The notes under the pieces were generated by a model. It was not told the origin of the DNA, ran no database searches, and was given only the letters and a program-made list of their open reading frames with translations. Made by a program: the position numbers and the translations under genes. This document shows positions 49,265-57,977 of a stretch of DNA of 64,000 bases, one piece after another (the first letter of the stretch is position 1; every line of letters begins with the position of its first letter). This DNA comes from a virus, in IMG/VR virus record IMGVR_UViG_3300047510_003392, positions 1-64,000 of that record. One strand, 5' to 3'.

Positions 49265-49356
49265 TGGTAGCATCGGTGGGGCTCGAACCCACACGGGAAT
49301 ATTTCACCCATCGGTTTTTGAGACCGACCTGTTTGACCAATTACAAGCACGATGCC
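49265..49356 (-). tRNA. tRNA-Leu(CAA)
   Basis: GGCATCG/CGATGCT-ACCA, loop CTCAAAA, long variable arm. Confidence 0.88.
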
Positions 49357-49363
49357 AAAAGAA

Positions 49364-49452
49364 TGGTGGGCGAGACAGGACTCGAACCTGCACTCCATAA
49401 TATAAGGAAAAAGTTCCTAAGACTTTCGCGGCTACCGTTACGCCACTCGCCC
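49364..49452 (-). tRNA. tRNA-Leu(TAG)
   Basis: GGGCGAG/CTCGCCC-ACCA, loop CTTAGGA, long variable arm. Confidence 0.9.
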
Positions 49453-49455
49453 AAT

Positions 49456-49498
49456 TCAAAGAACACCTACACTCTACACACTTTATTTATTTCGTCAA
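49456..49498 (-). promoter_or_regulatory. Sigma70-type promoter plus boxA-like GTTCTTTGA for tRNA cluster
   Basis: TTGACG-16-TAGAGT then TGTTCTTTGA 3 nt before tRNA-Leu. Confidence 0.6.
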
Positions 49499-49840
49499 GA
49501 ACTTTCTACGATAAACTGCATATCCCAATCCAATCATTCCTGCAAACAATGCATATGTAGACGGTTCAGGTACAGCAGGACCGCAATAATCTTTATCATA
49601 ACCACCTCCGCCGCCATAATATGGACGCTTGTATTTATCGTCATCATCGTCATCATCGTCATCATCTTCATCGTCATCATCCCAATCATAACTGCTGCTC
49701 ATACTAATCATCTGCACAGGGTCTGTATATGACGGCTGAAATGTGCTCATAATATCATAATTACCAAAATCTACAACAGAGTCATTGGCAAAAATGCCGC
49801 TAACAAACATAGTAAAGATAAACAATAGTTTCTTATTCAT
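49487..49840 (-). CDS. PEP-CTERM sorting-domain protein with poly-Asp tract
   Basis: Signal peptide; DDDDEDDDDDDDDD; AVPEPSTYALFAGMIGLGYAVYRRK. Confidence 0.88.
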   Translation of the reverse strand: MNKKLLFIFTMFVSGIFANDSVVDFGNYDIMSTFQPSYTDPVQMISMSSSYDWDDDDEDDDDDDDDDDKYKRPYYGGGGGYDKDYCGPAVPEPSTYALFAGMIGLGYAVYRRKFLTK

Positions 49841-49907
49841 ATAACATAACTATACAGATTTTTGTGCTATACTCAAGCATAAAATCTATAATAAGTAAAA
49901 CAACGTA

Positions 49908-50354
49908 TTATATCTTATAATCTTCGTGCTGTATGCTCTTTAGATTATTGTGTATATAATCTACCCAATAATCAAGTTCGTGTGATTCATCTACTTTCAA
50001 ATGATATTCATTTGGTTGCGTAAACAACTTTGTTGTATCACTAAAATCTCGCACCGGTTTTCTTGCCATTAATATTACATAAGCATCTTTGGCTCCAAAT
50101 GCTTCTCGTGCTGCTGCTGTAGGACATACAAAATCTGCTATGGCATATACACCTGTTCTATTTACGATATCGCACAATATGCCCATTCTTTTTGCGTGTT
50201 CTATTCTATCAGCTACATCAAAAGTAAGATCTTTATTTATTTTGGCTCTTATTTCATCGGCATTGAAATGAACAGCGTTCATTGCTTTTGCCAACGCAGT
50301 AGATAATGTTGTTTTGCCCGAACCGGGTAGTCCCATAACAAGTATTTTTTTCAT
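49908..50354 (-). CDS. Adenylylsulfate kinase-like protein
   Basis: MGLPGSGKTT, FNADEIR...DLTF...DRIEHAKRM, ADFVCP. Confidence 0.75.
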   Translation of the reverse strand: MKKILVMGLPGSGKTTLSTALAKAMNAVHFNADEIRAKINKDLTFDVADRIEHAKRMGILCDIVNRTGVYAIADFVCPTAAAREAFGAKDAYVILMARKPVRDFSDTTKLFTQPNEYHLKVDESHELDYWVDYIHNNLKSIQHEDYKI

Positions 50355-50397
50355 AATATTTAAAATATAAATTATTTTTTAATTCTTCAATTTATAA

Positions 50398-51102
50398 TTA
50401 CATCCACTTGCCATAAATTTTATAATCTTCCGCATATCTTTTTTTTACAAATTCTTCTATAATTTTTGATGTCTCGTACTTCTCTACTTTGTTGCTATTG
50501 AAATGAAATTTTGGTAATGACTTTGCACTTTTTTCTTCCATATATTTTTTAACCTTATCCATTTCATTGATATTGAATATATCCGAAAACACAGTTGGAT
50601 CTCTGCCAATACTCTGTACAATAGAGTTGGTGTGACTGATTGCTTTTTTCCAAGCCATTTCACGATCTGAGGTTTTTGTTTTTATTCCACGAATAAATTC
50701 TTCTACACTTATATATTTTCCAAACACATTATGTCGCATCACAAGATGAGTATATGCACTATAAAATCTAGAAAGAGGGTCACGGATAACACAAAAAGAT
50801 TTGGTACTGTCGTTTTTTTTACGACGACGAGGTATTTCCAAATGCTGCAATCGCTTGATTATTCTTCTTTGGATTGGAGATTTTCTTTTTAGCATCGCTC
50901 TGTCAACCGCACCATTATAAGTGGAAAATTCCACATTCATGTCAGATATTTTTTCGTTATTGACTTTGGCAATTGCCTCTATTTCTTTATATACTCCATC
51001 ATCGTTAATGAGTTCAATCCATCCATTGATGGTAGTGTTACCACATTTAAACAAACGATAATACAAAAGTTCATCGGGTATTACTTGAATTATTTTTGGC
51101 AT
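50398..51102 (-). CDS. Sulfotransferase family 2-like protein
   Basis: KCGNTT, VIRDPLSRFYSAY, YAEDY. Confidence 0.72.
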   Translation of the reverse strand: MPKIIQVIPDELLYYRLFKCGNTTINGWIELINDDGVYKEIEAIAKVNNEKISDMNVEFSTYNGAVDRAMLKRKSPIQRRIIKRLQHLEIPRRRKKNDSTKSFCVIRDPLSRFYSAYTHLVMRHNVFGKYISVEEFIRGIKTKTSDREMAWKKAISHTNSIVQSIGRDPTVFSDIFNINEMDKVKKYMEEKSAKSLPKFHFNSNKVEKYETSKIIEEFVKKRYAEDYKIYGKWM

Positions 51103-51114
51103 GTTTAATATATA

Positions 51115-52014
51115 CTATCCATCTTCTCTTCTATCTCTAAAATATTGTAGAATTAGTTCTGTATTATAAGTATTGTTGTTTGCTAGTTCGAGTATTCCTT
51201 GCGAGTTAATATATATGTCTTTTAGAGTTAATTCGGGAACGGACGAATATCGCGTTTTATATTTTCTGTGTTCGAAGTTTCCGTGCCATTCGTGATAAAT
51301 TATACCATTTATATATGCTACATCATTTAGTATGTAATCTTTTATTGCAGTTTTCCAATTTATATATTGATGGCTATCGTCGTGAATTTTTGAATTTACT
51401 ATATCTCGAATGCGGTCTGTTTTTGGTGTATCAAATATGCTGTGAACGAACATATTATCTCCTCCGCCTAAAAAACAATATGGATATAATCCACCGTGTT
51501 TCCACATTTCTCTTCTAGCCGCCCAAGCATAACCAACACTCCCATTAACTTGCAAATTATTATGCGAGATAAATGCTCGGTGTATCAAATTATTCATAAA
51601 AGATTGGCGTACTTCTTTTATTTTTCCATACTCATCTGTGACGGATACTTTGTTATACATCTGCACTAATTTGACACTATTCAACGCGATAGAAGTTTGA
51701 TCGTACCAGTCATCGTTTGAAAAAAATATGTCGTGGTCAATCCACGCAATTTTGCTATATTTTTCGGGTATATAATCGACGCAAGAATTTATGCACGCCT
51801 CTTTTTGAAAGAATATATTTTTCTCTGAAACTTTTATTTTCCTTATGGAATCTATATCTTTGGTCTCAAAAGAATCGGACAGCGACAATTCTATTCCATA
51901 TAAAGGTATATTTTTTGATTTTATATATCTTAAAAATCTATGTAAATTTCTAGACAATGATTTATAACCTACCCAGTTATAGTGGACTACTACTATTGCC
52001 ATATCGTTTTCCAT
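51115..52014 (-). CDS. Putative glycosyltransferase (GT-A)
   Basis: FQKEACIN, IAWIDHDI, GYAWAARR, GGGD, HEWHG. Confidence 0.65.
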   Translation of the reverse strand: MENDMAIVVVHYNWVGYKSLSRNLHRFLRYIKSKNIPLYGIELSLSDSFETKDIDSIRKIKVSEKNIFFQKEACINSCVDYIPEKYSKIAWIDHDIFFSNDDWYDQTSIALNSVKLVQMYNKVSVTDEYGKIKEVRQSFMNNLIHRAFISHNNLQVNGSVGYAWAARREMWKHGGLYPYCFLGGGDNMFVHSIFDTPKTDRIRDIVNSKIHDDSHQYINWKTAIKDYILNDVAYINGIIYHEWHGNFEHRKYKTRYSSVPELTLKDIYINSQGILELANNNTYNTELILQYFRDRREDG

Positions 52015-52070
52015 ATCAATATATATAAAATTTATATATAATGGTTAACCCGAGTAGTAGTATTTATATT

Positions 52071-52156
52071 TGGTGCTAGGGGCGGGATTCGAACCCGCGA
52101 AGCCTTACGGCGAGAGCTTATGAAACTCCTTGTTTTAGCCACTTACCTACCCTAAC
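52071..52156 (-). tRNA. tRNA with CAT anticodon and long variable arm (Ile2/Met, identity uncertain)
   Basis: GTTAGGG/CCCTAGC-ACCA, loop TTCATAA, V-arm GCC-GTAA-GGC. Confidence 0.8.
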
Positions 52157-52160
52157 AATT

Positions 52161-52254
52161 TGGTAGTCCCAGAGGGAATCGAACCCCCGCTCGGCACTAA
52201 TCAGGTGCGCACAGGTTATAAATCTGTCGGTGCTTCCAGTTACACTATGGGACC
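52161..52254 (-). tRNA. tRNA-Ile(TAT) with long variable arm
   Basis: GGTCCCA/TGGGACT-ACCA, loop TTTATAA, V-arm GCAC-CTGATTA-GTGC. Confidence 0.8.
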
Positions 52255-52305
52255 AAAAGTAAAGAACGATGATAAGTATGGATATTTTTCGTCAGAAGTC
52301 AATAA

Positions 52306-53298
52306 CTATTTTTCAATTAAGTTTTGTTTGAATATTTTCCAGCAGTTTTCCCAAGTCCAATATGAACCATTCATCGCAACTATATCACGGTTTAGTTTTA
52401 GCGATTTGTTGATACAATCTTCAAGATTATCTCCCATATATCCAGTCAATCCATCTTGAACAATATCTATTGGACCAGAAACAGGATATGCTGCTATTGG
52501 CGTGCCTAAACTCATTGCTTCTATCAAAACTATACCAAATGTGTCTGTTTTGCTGGGAAAACAAAATACATCCGCGTTTATATATTCATTTGCTAAATCT
52601 TTTCCGGTTTTGTATCCAAGGAACTTTACATTTTTATATTTTTTCTCTAAATGTTTTCTATATGGGCCATCACCAACCAAGCGAACTTCATATTTGTCTT
52701 GTAGAACACACAAGTCATCCAGATTTTTTTCAAGGGATATTCTGCCAACATATAGCACAACAGGAACTTCATTATTTTTTCTTTGCGTTGTTGGCGTCAG
52801 CAGATTTTTATCAACACCTCTTGTCCATATAACCATATCAACGTCAAAATTGTTTTTACTCAGTTCATTCATCATTGACTTGGTAGTAACCAATACTCTG
52901 CCAGAATGTTTATGAAACCATCTTACATAAGAATATGTGATACACTTTGGTATTTTATACATTTCATTCACATACTCTGGAAACTTTGTGTGATATGAAG
53001 TGTTGTATTTGTATTTCTTACTATCACAATATAGTTTGGCGAAAAGTCCAAGCGGACCTTCGGTGGAAATATGAATATAGTCTGGATTGTATTCTTCTAT
53101 CTTTTTTCCTAATCCGAATGGCAGGCTCATTTTTACTTCTGGATATCTTGGCATACTAAAATGCTTATACATTTCCGGTGAAATAAAGCATACCGTATAT
53201 CCATCATTTTCCGCCTGTATCTTTATATTCTTGTATGTAGTTACAACGCCGTTTATTTGCGTGAAAAGATTATCCGTTACTATTAGTATCTTTTTCAT
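52306..53298 (-). CDS. agt: GT4 diacylglycerol glycosyltransferase (Agt-like)
   Basis: IVTD...QINGVVTT, PRYPEVKMSL, IHISTEGPLGL, TSYHTKFPEY, YVRWFH, WTRGVD, VGRISLEKNL, FPSKTDTFG.V.IEA, AAYPV.GP. Confidence 0.8.
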   Translation of the reverse strand: MKKILIVTDNLFTQINGVVTTYKNIKIQAENDGYTVCFISPEMYKHFSMPRYPEVKMSLPFGLGKKIEEYNPDYIHISTEGPLGLFAKLYCDSKKYKYNTSYHTKFPEYVNEMYKIPKCITYSYVRWFHKHSGRVLVTTKSMMNELSKNNFDVDMVIWTRGVDKNLLTPTTQRKNNEVPVVLYVGRISLEKNLDDLCVLQDKYEVRLVGDGPYRKHLEKKYKNVKFLGYKTGKDLANEYINADVFCFPSKTDTFGIVLIEAMSLGTPIAAYPVSGPIDIVQDGLTGYMGDNLEDCINKSLKLNRDIVAMNGSYWTWENCWKIFKQNLIEK

Positions 53299-54037
53299 TA
53301 TAGTGTATCAACTCAAATGTTCCATTATGGTGTTCTACTATGGCGGTCAATGATTCTACCCAATCGCCGCAGTTCATATAATGAACATCATTTATATGTT
53401 TCATTTCTGGATGATGTATATGACCGCATATTACGCCAACATATCCTTTTCTTTTACAATGATTGGATATATTAGTCTCAAACTTGAATATGAAATCAAC
53501 GGCCTTTTTGACGCGATGTTTTAGATATTTGCTGAAACTCCAATAACCAAATCCAAGTTTATGTCTTATCCAGTTATATTTTGTATTTAGTGCAAGAATA
53601 AAGTCATATCCTTTGTCTCCAAGAAAACTAAGCCACGGAGCCAATCTTGTTATACCATCAAATAAATCTCCGTGAACAACAAGATATTTTTCACCATATA
53701 CACTAATATGTTCTATTTCATTACATAACTTGATGTTTCCTACTTCAAGTTCATATGGCAGCATCAACCTGAAAAACTCATCGTGATTGCCAATAACATA
53801 TACTATTTTGGTATCATTACGATGTAGTTTCAACAATCGTCTAATAACTTCAGAATGGCTGTTTTTCCATTTTGACCTGTTTTGCTGAAACTTCCAACCG
53901 TCTATGACATCACCGACAAGATATAGAGTCTCGCAACTGTTACATTTTAGAAAATTTTCTACCTCTTTCGCCTTGCTATTTTTAGAACCGAGATGCAGGT
54001 CGGATATAAAAATAGAGCGATATTTAGGTAGTTTCAT
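53270..54037 (-). CDS. plcP: PlcP-like phospholipase C (LpxH-like metallophosphoesterase)
   Basis: YRSIFISDLHLG, LYLVGDVIDGW, GNHDE, HGDLFD, WLSFLGD..Y, GYWSFSKYLKHRVKKAV, CGHIHH, NCGDWVESLTAIVEH. Confidence 0.8.
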   Translation of the reverse strand: MKLPKYRSIFISDLHLGSKNSKAKEVENFLKCNSCETLYLVGDVIDGWKFQQNRSKWKNSHSEVIRRLLKLHRNDTKIVYVIGNHDEFFRLMLPYELEVGNIKLCNEIEHISVYGEKYLVVHGDLFDGITRLAPWLSFLGDKGYDFILALNTKYNWIRHKLGFGYWSFSKYLKHRVKKAVDFIFKFETNISNHCKRKGYVGVICGHIHHPEMKHINDVHYMNCGDWVESLTAIVEHHNGTFELIHYNEKDTNSNG

Positions 54038-54340
54038 TTAGTCCGCTTTATCTCCAAACATAAACTTGTTGGCAATAACATCTATGTTATGAAATGCTAT
54101 GCTAACCTTATCTATCATCCAAGGGTCTAACTTTACAGTTTCACTTGCCATAATCTCTTTTATACGCTTACACTTTTCTTCTATGGCAGTTAGTTGATAT
54201 TCAATCATATCCTGCTGGCGTTCTGGATTTAGTTCAACGTCATCCTTTATCATTTTCTGTCCCTTGAACCAGTCCTGATCCATTGCGGCTGTTTCTTCTA
54301 CAATTTCACGAATAAGTGCTTTAAGTTCTGATTTCTTCAT
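54038..54340 (-). CDS. Hypothetical protein with MKKSELKALIREIVEE leader
   Basis: True start at 54340 after TATTTATT motif. Confidence 0.7.
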   Translation of the reverse strand: MKKSELKALIREIVEETAAMDQDWFKGQKMIKDDVELNPERQQDMIEYQLTAIEEKCKRIKEIMASETVKLDPWMIDKVSIAFHNIDVIANKFMFGDKAD

Positions 54341-54364
54341 ATAATAATAAATATATACACCAAA

Positions 54365-54394
54365 CAAAAAAACCCAGCATTTACGCTGGGTTTT
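54365..54394 (-). terminator. Intrinsic terminator
   Basis: aaaacccagc-atttac-gctgggtttt. Confidence 0.7.
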
Positions 54395-54419
54395 CGTGAG
54401 TTGATATATATTAACTATA

Positions 54420-56384
54420 TCAAGGCTTTGGAGGCAGGAATGTGCCTGTACCAGCATTGACTGGATATACTCCACTCAAGTTGGCAGCAAAACTCAATGC
54501 ACTCAAATCTGTTACTCCCTTGGCATTGAATGTAAGTGCCGAGGTCTTTAGCAGATTGGACAGCGTGATACTGCCACCCGCAGTCAGGGTCAAGGGGCCG
54601 ACCACAGAGTTGGTCGCCTGTGCAGATGTATTGAAGATGTCCGCACCGCTGGTGACGCTAGTAACGCCGCCGTTCAATAGACCAATGTTAGCAGAAGCAA
54701 GTTCAACAACATTGATTGCACCGGTACCAGTAGTGATAGAGATCAAGCCAAAGTTGTTGTTTGGCTGAGTCAGTGCCACTTCAGCATTGTTGGTGTTTAC
54801 AGTAACATTACCACGAACATCAGCAGATGTAGCAGGTACTTGAGTAACTGTGGAGCCCTCAAGACCAACTGTAGATACAGTCAAGTTACCACCAACAACG
54901 GTAGTACCAAGAACTGTGCTGCGAGCCTGTGTGATATTAGCATCAGCAGTAGCAGTTAGCGTAACATTACCGAGGTTGTTTAGACCAGCAGGGTCGTTAA
55001 GAGTAACATTGCCACCAGACAGATTGCTAGTAGCAGCAGTCACACGGCTAGTAGCCAGCAACTGTACGATGTCGTTCTTGCTAGCAGCAACCAGATTGCC
55101 AGTAACAGCAACACGGTTCAAGTTCAGCGTAGCGTCTTCAAGGATAGTAGCATTACCACCAACGGTCAGACTTACAGGACCAAAACTGTGCTTGGCGCGT
55201 GTAATATTAGTGTCGCCAGTTGTAACAAAGGCTGTTGGACCGTATACGAACAGTCCTTCAGCACCATCAACGATGCTAGGAGCGGTGAATGTAGTGTTAC
55301 CTGTGCTAGCAATAGCAACCTTATTCAGCGAGACGCGGGAGTTGGCAGATACATTAGTATCACCAGTTCCGCTGCTGGCAACATCAGTAAGATTTACCAT
55401 GTTACCAGACAATGTCAGGTTACCAGAAGCAAGTGCGGTATAGTTAGTAGTAGCAGCAGTGCTGGCTACAACAATATTGTTACCAGACACAGTCACATTT
55501 GTGCTAGAAACTCTGGGTAGAGAAATGTCCTTACCAGACACAGCCAGATTAGCAACATTGAGTGTACCAGTTCCCTGCGTAACTGCACCAGCAGCAATAT
55601 TACCGGTGGCATTGATAGTGATGTTACCCGTGGATGTAATAAATCCATTCGGAGCAATCACGACGCTTCCGCCAGATGTAGACACATCAGTCTTGCCGTT
55701 GAGCACCATGGGAGCAGATGCAGACGAGCCAATCGTGGCTGTGCCACCATAGGTATTGACAACAAGGTTACCAGTTACTACAGCACCACCGATATTAGCA
55801 GCACGCGAAGCAATTGTGATGCTGTCACCAACAGACTGAATGATGGCACCATCATTTACAGTGACACCGTTAACCAGAACGCTGGTGGGTAGATTGTCTT
55901 GGCTGGGCAACTTACCATTGGTATTCCAGTATCCAAGAGATACAGTGGGATCATCCACAGTGCTAACATACAGTCCAGCAACATTGATGGTGCTGGTGCC
56001 GCCGATCAAAACGCCGCCCGGATTAAGGATAAACACTTTGCCATTGGACTCAATAGCACCGTTGATTGTAGATGCTGCTCCGCCAGTAACAATGTTTAGA
56101 ACAGATGAACCGGCAGACGGCAGTGTATATTCGATGCGTTCACCCGTATTGAATGTGCTTGTACCGCTACCAAATGCCTGCCAAGACAACACGGCCTTGT
56201 TTGGTGCAGAAACATTCAGCGTGGTCGCTGTTCCTGTTACATTTACACCCGTTGTGGTTTGTAGATTGCTGACATCAATGCTAGGAATAGCAAAGACATA
56301 ACCAGCGAATACAAACGCCATGAACAAAGAAAAAGTCTTTGTCCAAAACGAGTTATTTCGTGTATTAGTATTATTGTATTTCAT
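54420..56384 (-). CDS. Filamentous-haemagglutinin-like (TpsA) beta-helix protein
   Basis: Signal peptide; AVLSWQAF, SVLNIVTGGAASTINGAIESNGKVFILNPGGVLIG secretion domain; Thr/Gly/Asn/Val beta-helix repeats. Confidence 0.85.
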   Translation of the reverse strand: MKYNNTNTRNNSFWTKTFSLFMAFVFAGYVFAIPSIDVSNLQTTTGVNVTGTATTLNVSAPNKAVLSWQAFGSGTSTFNTGERIEYTLPSAGSSVLNIVTGGAASTINGAIESNGKVFILNPGGVLIGGTSTINVAGLYVSTVDDPTVSLGYWNTNGKLPSQDNLPTSVLVNGVTVNDGAIIQSVGDSITIASRAANIGGAVVTGNLVVNTYGGTATIGSSASAPMVLNGKTDVSTSGGSVVIAPNGFITSTGNITINATGNIAAGAVTQGTGTLNVANLAVSGKDISLPRVSSTNVTVSGNNIVVASTAATTNYTALASGNLTLSGNMVNLTDVASSGTGDTNVSANSRVSLNKVAIASTGNTTFTAPSIVDGAEGLFVYGPTAFVTTGDTNITRAKHSFGPVSLTVGGNATILEDATLNLNRVAVTGNLVAASKNDIVQLLATSRVTAATSNLSGGNVTLNDPAGLNNLGNVTLTATADANITQARSTVLGTTVVGGNLTVSTVGLEGSTVTQVPATSADVRGNVTVNTNNAEVALTQPNNNFGLISITTGTGAINVVELASANIGLLNGGVTSVTSGADIFNTSAQATNSVVGPLTLTAGGSITLSNLLKTSALTFNAKGVTDLSALSFAANLSGVYPVNAGTGTFLPPKP

Positions 56385-56509
56385 ATTTATTTTTATGTAT
56401 TTGTCTTTTACGACTTTGAACCGATAAATATGCAGATTTATACGACTAAATCAAGCAAAAACTTCTTATATATATTTTTATATATACGATTTGATATATA
56501 TTATCACTT

Positions 56510-56935
56510 ATGTACACATATAAATGCCGCATCAACAAAGTTTTAGACGGTGACACCGTTGAAATAGATTTGGACTTGGGTTTCAATACGACTCTTGCTA
56601 ACCAAAAAGTAAGATTGCTTGGTATAGACGCACCAGAGTCTCGTACAACAAATAAAGAAGAAAAAGTGCGTGGTAATATTTCTAAAAAGAAACTACAAGA
56701 AAAACTACCTATAGGCTGTTCTGTAAAGATTATTACTCACAAAAACGACAACAACGACGACAAGTTTGGTCGCATACTTGGCGAGTTTATTCTTGATGAT
56801 GGCACCAATCTAAACAAATGGATGATAGAGAATAACTATGCTGTTCCTTATCTTGGTGAAAATAAGGAACTGGTGCAAGAAGCACATCAAATCAATAAGA
56901 AGAAACTTATTGAGCGTGGCGAGTTGACTGCTTAA
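56510..56935 (+). CDS. Thermonuclease (SNase-like)
   Basis: KVLDGDTV..DLGF....VRLLGIDAPE, KFGRILG, N..MI...YAVPY. Confidence 0.88.
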   Translation: MYTYKCRINKVLDGDTVEIDLDLGFNTTLANQKVRLLGIDAPESRTTNKEEKVRGNISKKKLQEKLPIGCSVKIITHKNDNNDDKFGRILGEFILDDGTNLNKWMIENNYAVPYLGENKELVQEAHQINKKKLIERGELTA

Positions 56936-57612
56936 CTATCCAACTCTCTTGGGTCGATTATATTCCAGCCATCTGGCTTGCGGGTGTCACCGAACTTACG
57001 ATTATACATCCAATATAGTTTGGTGATTATTTCTGGCCATACAAACACTTTTGCGTTTGTGCCAATCAACTTGAGTGTGCTCTTATCAAAATATCTTCCG
57101 CGAATAATGATTGGACCGCCATCTTTGTTTTTACAGTTGATAAAAGTAAATCTGCGTGTCTTTGGACGATCTTGCTGGTCATAGATGCTATAATCACCAA
57201 GTAGTATGTCGTTGAATACACAACTGCTAAAAGTAACATCGTGTACGCCGCCCTTTATACCAATATCACATACTTCATTTAATGCATATGGCGATTTGAT
57301 TGTTTGACGCACACCATCATTTACAAATGTGCAATCTGTAAAAGCAACATTAGCTCCACGAACCATATCAAATGCTCGTGCGGTTCCATTTTTGAATATA
57401 CAGTTCTTATATTCAAGACCAAACGTTAGTGATGCTTTACCGCCCCACCTAGTGTCTTGACCGTCTATAGTGCAGTTGTTTACAGCACTATCATCATTTT
57501 GACTAAAGCAGAAAACAGATAATCCGTCGGTTCTGTTGTCTGGTGTATCTGGATTAAACGTGTTTGATTTATCAAACGTTTGATTTTCTATTACGATATT
57601 TGTTGTAGCCAT
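56932..57612 (-). CDS. Parallel beta-helix protein
   Basis: Repeated NCTI/NCIF/DCTF/SCVF motifs. Confidence 0.6.
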   Translation of the reverse strand: MATTNIVIENQTFDKSNTFNPDTPDNRTDGLSVFCFSQNDDSAVNNCTIDGQDTRWGGKASLTFGLEYKNCIFKNGTARAFDMVRGANVAFTDCTFVNDGVRQTIKSPYALNEVCDIGIKGGVHDVTFSSCVFNDILLGDYSIYDQQDRPKTRRFTFINCKNKDGGPIIIRGRYFDKSTLKLIGTNAKVFVWPEIITKLYWMYNRKFGDTRKPDGWNIIDPRELDS

Positions 57613-57653
57613 AATGGCTATAAATATCGTTTTTGAGGAAAAATTTACACGGC

Positions 57654-57902
57654 TTAGTTTGTAGGTGCGCTACTTGGTGTTACTTCGGGCGTAGCCATCG
57701 GAAATTCGACATTATTTTCAAGTTTCTTGCTTGATGCAAAATAACTAGCAACTTCTGTCATAGTCAATCCAGTAGACTCCAACAATGGATGTAAATAGTC
57801 TACTCTATTTTGACGAGTGTTTTTGTGACCGCCCAATTTATCCAAAAGATGTGCCATGTTCCAAGAAGAGCTGGCCATAGCGATGAGTTCTTGCGAGTTC
57901 AT
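57654..57902 (-). CDS. Small hypothetical protein
   Basis: 82 aa, TATTTATA upstream; resembles 58766-59053. Confidence 0.6.
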   Translation of the reverse strand: MNSQELIAMASSSWNMAHLLDKLGGHKNTRQNRVDYLHPLLESTGLTMTEVASYFASSKKLENNVEFPMATPEVTPSSAPTN

Positions 57903-57977
57903 ATTTTATTTAATATAAATATAAGCCAGTTAACATAAAATATAATCATAGATTATAAATTATTTTTATGATAAAAA

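Noticed and set aside
49264-49560. Plus-strand ORFs over tRNAs (also 52160-52459) and minus ORF 36153-36362
   Set aside because: Overlap well-formed tRNA/tmRNA genes.
49637-49680. (tca)n microsatellite, and (TP)n repeat near 38893-38968
   Set aside because: Simply encode poly-Asp and Pro-Thr linkers.
52042-52057. Possible tRNA 3' remnant (ctactcgggttaacca on minus strand)
   Set aside because: Too short; no T-loop or matching full gene in the window.
54442-56301. Long plus-strand ORFs opposite the TpsA-like gene
   Set aside because: Antisense shadows of a biased coding strand, no motifs.
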